Shown one piece after another: positions 62,764 to 64,000 of a stretch of DNA of 64,000 nt. The notes under the pieces are model-generated. The model was given only the letters and a program-made list of their open reading frames with translations. It ran no database searches and was not told the origin of the DNA. Source of the DNA: Kordiimonadaceae bacterium (GTDB lineage Bacteria > Pseudomonadota > Alphaproteobacteria > Sphingomonadales > Kordiimonadaceae); contig JAEPQB010000003.1 in assembly GCA_017640725.1 (NCBI GenBank), forward strand, positions 544,704-608,703, written 5' to 3'. The position numbers were made by a program, and so were the translations under genes. Numbering within the stretch: the stretch's first letter is position 1; each line of letters begins with the position of its first letter.

Positions 62764-62791
62764 TTGACTTTAAAATGCTCGTGCCTATGCT
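62764..62791 (+). promoter_or_regulatory. Sigma70 promoter of the DEAD-box helicase gene
   Basis: TTGACT-N16-TATGCT. Confidence 0.6.
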
Positions 62792-62829
62792 GCGCCCAAA
62801 TTGATGTAATCATTGGAACGGACGATAGT

Positions 62830-64000
62830 ATGGGTTTTGAACTTCTCGGGCTTAGCGAACCAACGCTGAAAGCGGTGGCAGATGCTGGCTACACGGAGCC
62901 AACTCCTATTCAAGCCCAAGCCGCACCCCAAGTCCTTATGGGGCGGGACGTCTTAGGCATTGCCCAAACTGGAACAGGCAAAACCGCCAGTTTTACACTT
63001 CCAATGATTGATATTCTGGCAGAAGGCCGAGCTCGAGCTCGCATGCCTCGTTCACTGATTTTGGAACCGACACGAGAACTTGCAGCTCAGGTGGCTGAGA
63101 GCTTCGAGAAATACGGCAAAAACCACAAGCTATCGATGGCTCTTTTGATTGGTGGCGTAAACTTTGCTGACCAGGAGAAAGCCTTGGACCGCGGTGCAGA
63201 TGTTCTCATCGCTACGCCGGGTCGGCTGTTGGACCATTTTGAGCGTGGCAAATTGCTCCTGAATGGCATTGATATTCTGGTAATTGACGAAGCAGATCGC
63301 ATGCTCGACATGGGCTTCATCCCAGACGTGGAGAAAATTTGCGAGCGAATTACCAAAAGACACCAAACATTGTTTTTCTCAGCAACGATGCCACCCGCAA
63401 TCCAAAGGCTCACCGACAAGTTTTTGGACGACCCCAAGAAAATTGAGGTGGCACGGCCTGCAACTACTGCAACAACAATCACACAGATGAAGATTGAAGT
63501 TGGACCCCGGGAAAAAAGACGCGCTCTGCGACAACTGTTGCGCACGCAGGAAGTTAAAAACGGAATTATCTTCTGCAACCGGAAGCGTGATGTGAAGGAA
63601 GTGTTCGCTTCGCTTGGACGCCATGAGTTTAGCGTTGGTCAGTTGCACGGCGACATGGAACAGCGCGAACGCATGGAAACGCTGCGTCAGTTTAAGGAAA
63701 ATGAAATCCAATTATTGGTAGCTTCGGATGTCGCCGCCCGCGGCCTTGACGTACCTGACGTTAGCCATGTGTTTAATTTTGATGTTCCTGGTCACCCAGA
63801 CGACTATGTTCACAGAATTGGCCGTACAGGGCGCGCGGGCCGCGAAGGCACTGCATACACAATAGCCACAAAATCGAAAATCGATGTTCGTTTGCTTGAG
63901 GCAATTGAAAAGCTCACCAAGGCAAAACTGCCGATGGATGAGAATTTCGCGCTGGAAAAAGAAAGTCGTCCAATTCGTCCTTCTGATCGCCGTCGCGATG
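62830..64000 (+). CDS. DEAD-box RNA helicase (RhlE-like), 3'-truncated by the window end; absent from the ORF track
   Basis: Manual translation gives Q motif GYTEPTPIQ, AQTGTGKT, PTRELA, DEADRMLDMGF, SAT, DVAARGLD and HRIGRTGR. Confidence 0.95.
   Translation, partial: MGFELLGLSEPTLKAVADAGYTEPTPIQAQAAPQVLMGRDVLGIAQTGTGKTASFTLPMIDILAEGRARARMPRSLILEPTRELAAQVAESFEKYGKNHKLSMALLIGGVNFADQEKALDRGADVLIATPGRLLDHFERGKLLLNGIDILVIDEADRMLDMGFIPDVEKICERITKRHQTLFFSATMPPAIQRLTDKFLDDPKKIEVARPATTATTITQMKIEVGPREKRRALRQLLRTQEVKNGIIFCNRKRDVKEVFASLGRHEFSVGQLHGDMEQRERMETLRQFKENEIQLLVASDVAARGLDVPDVSHVFNFDVPGHPDDYVHRIGRTGRAGREGTAYTIATKSKIDVRLLEAIEKLTKAKLPMDENFALEKESRPIRPSDRRRD

Overview
This is a compact (~50% GC by eye) alphaproteobacterial core-genome segment with no recognisable mobile element, prophage, CRISPR array or rRNA. 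Gene order: (trpG)-trpD-trpC-moaC-moeA-lexA > < comEC | gltX-gltA >; then a ~48 kb mostly minus-strand run containing fabZ, skp, bamA, rseP, dxr, cdsA, uppS, frr, pyrH, tsf, rpsB, a NUDIX hydrolase, dnaE, a DUF1761-like protein, lolD, lolC/E, proS, a DUF1467-like protein, mce, rnj, coaX, birA, the complete nuoA-N cluster, tRNA-Asp, yqaE (+ strand), two tRNA-Val, HU, lon, clpX, clpP, tig, tRNA-Leu, nnr and tRNA-His; then glnB-glnA, two hypothetical genes, parE and a DEAD-box helicase truncated by the window end. The GAAC-N7-GAAC LexA box, a TTAA-N7-TTAA CtrA-type box and the glnB-glnA arrangement indicate Alphaproteobacteria. A tRNA-His with G-1:C73 and the missing lpx genes suggest a Sphingomonadales/Kordiimonadales-like lineage (inference). 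I found no clearly new multi-gene system. The most unusual signals are: (1) lpxD, lpxA, lpxI and lpxB are cleanly absent from an otherwise intact bamA-fabZ-gltA locus; (2) BamA carries a tandem EF-hand-like insertion in a predicted surface loop and a second, Cys-bracketed loop insertion, which together with (1) hints at a remodelled, possibly LPS-free outer membrane; (3) an orphan protein has a CheZ/FliM-like CheY-binding C-terminal motif; (4) NuoL has a two-helix hydrophobic insertion; (5) there are candidate structured or regulatory RNAs 5' of tRNA-Leu and in the CtrA-box-containing spacer upstream of proS. All motif, fold and product calls were made by eye; no searches were run.
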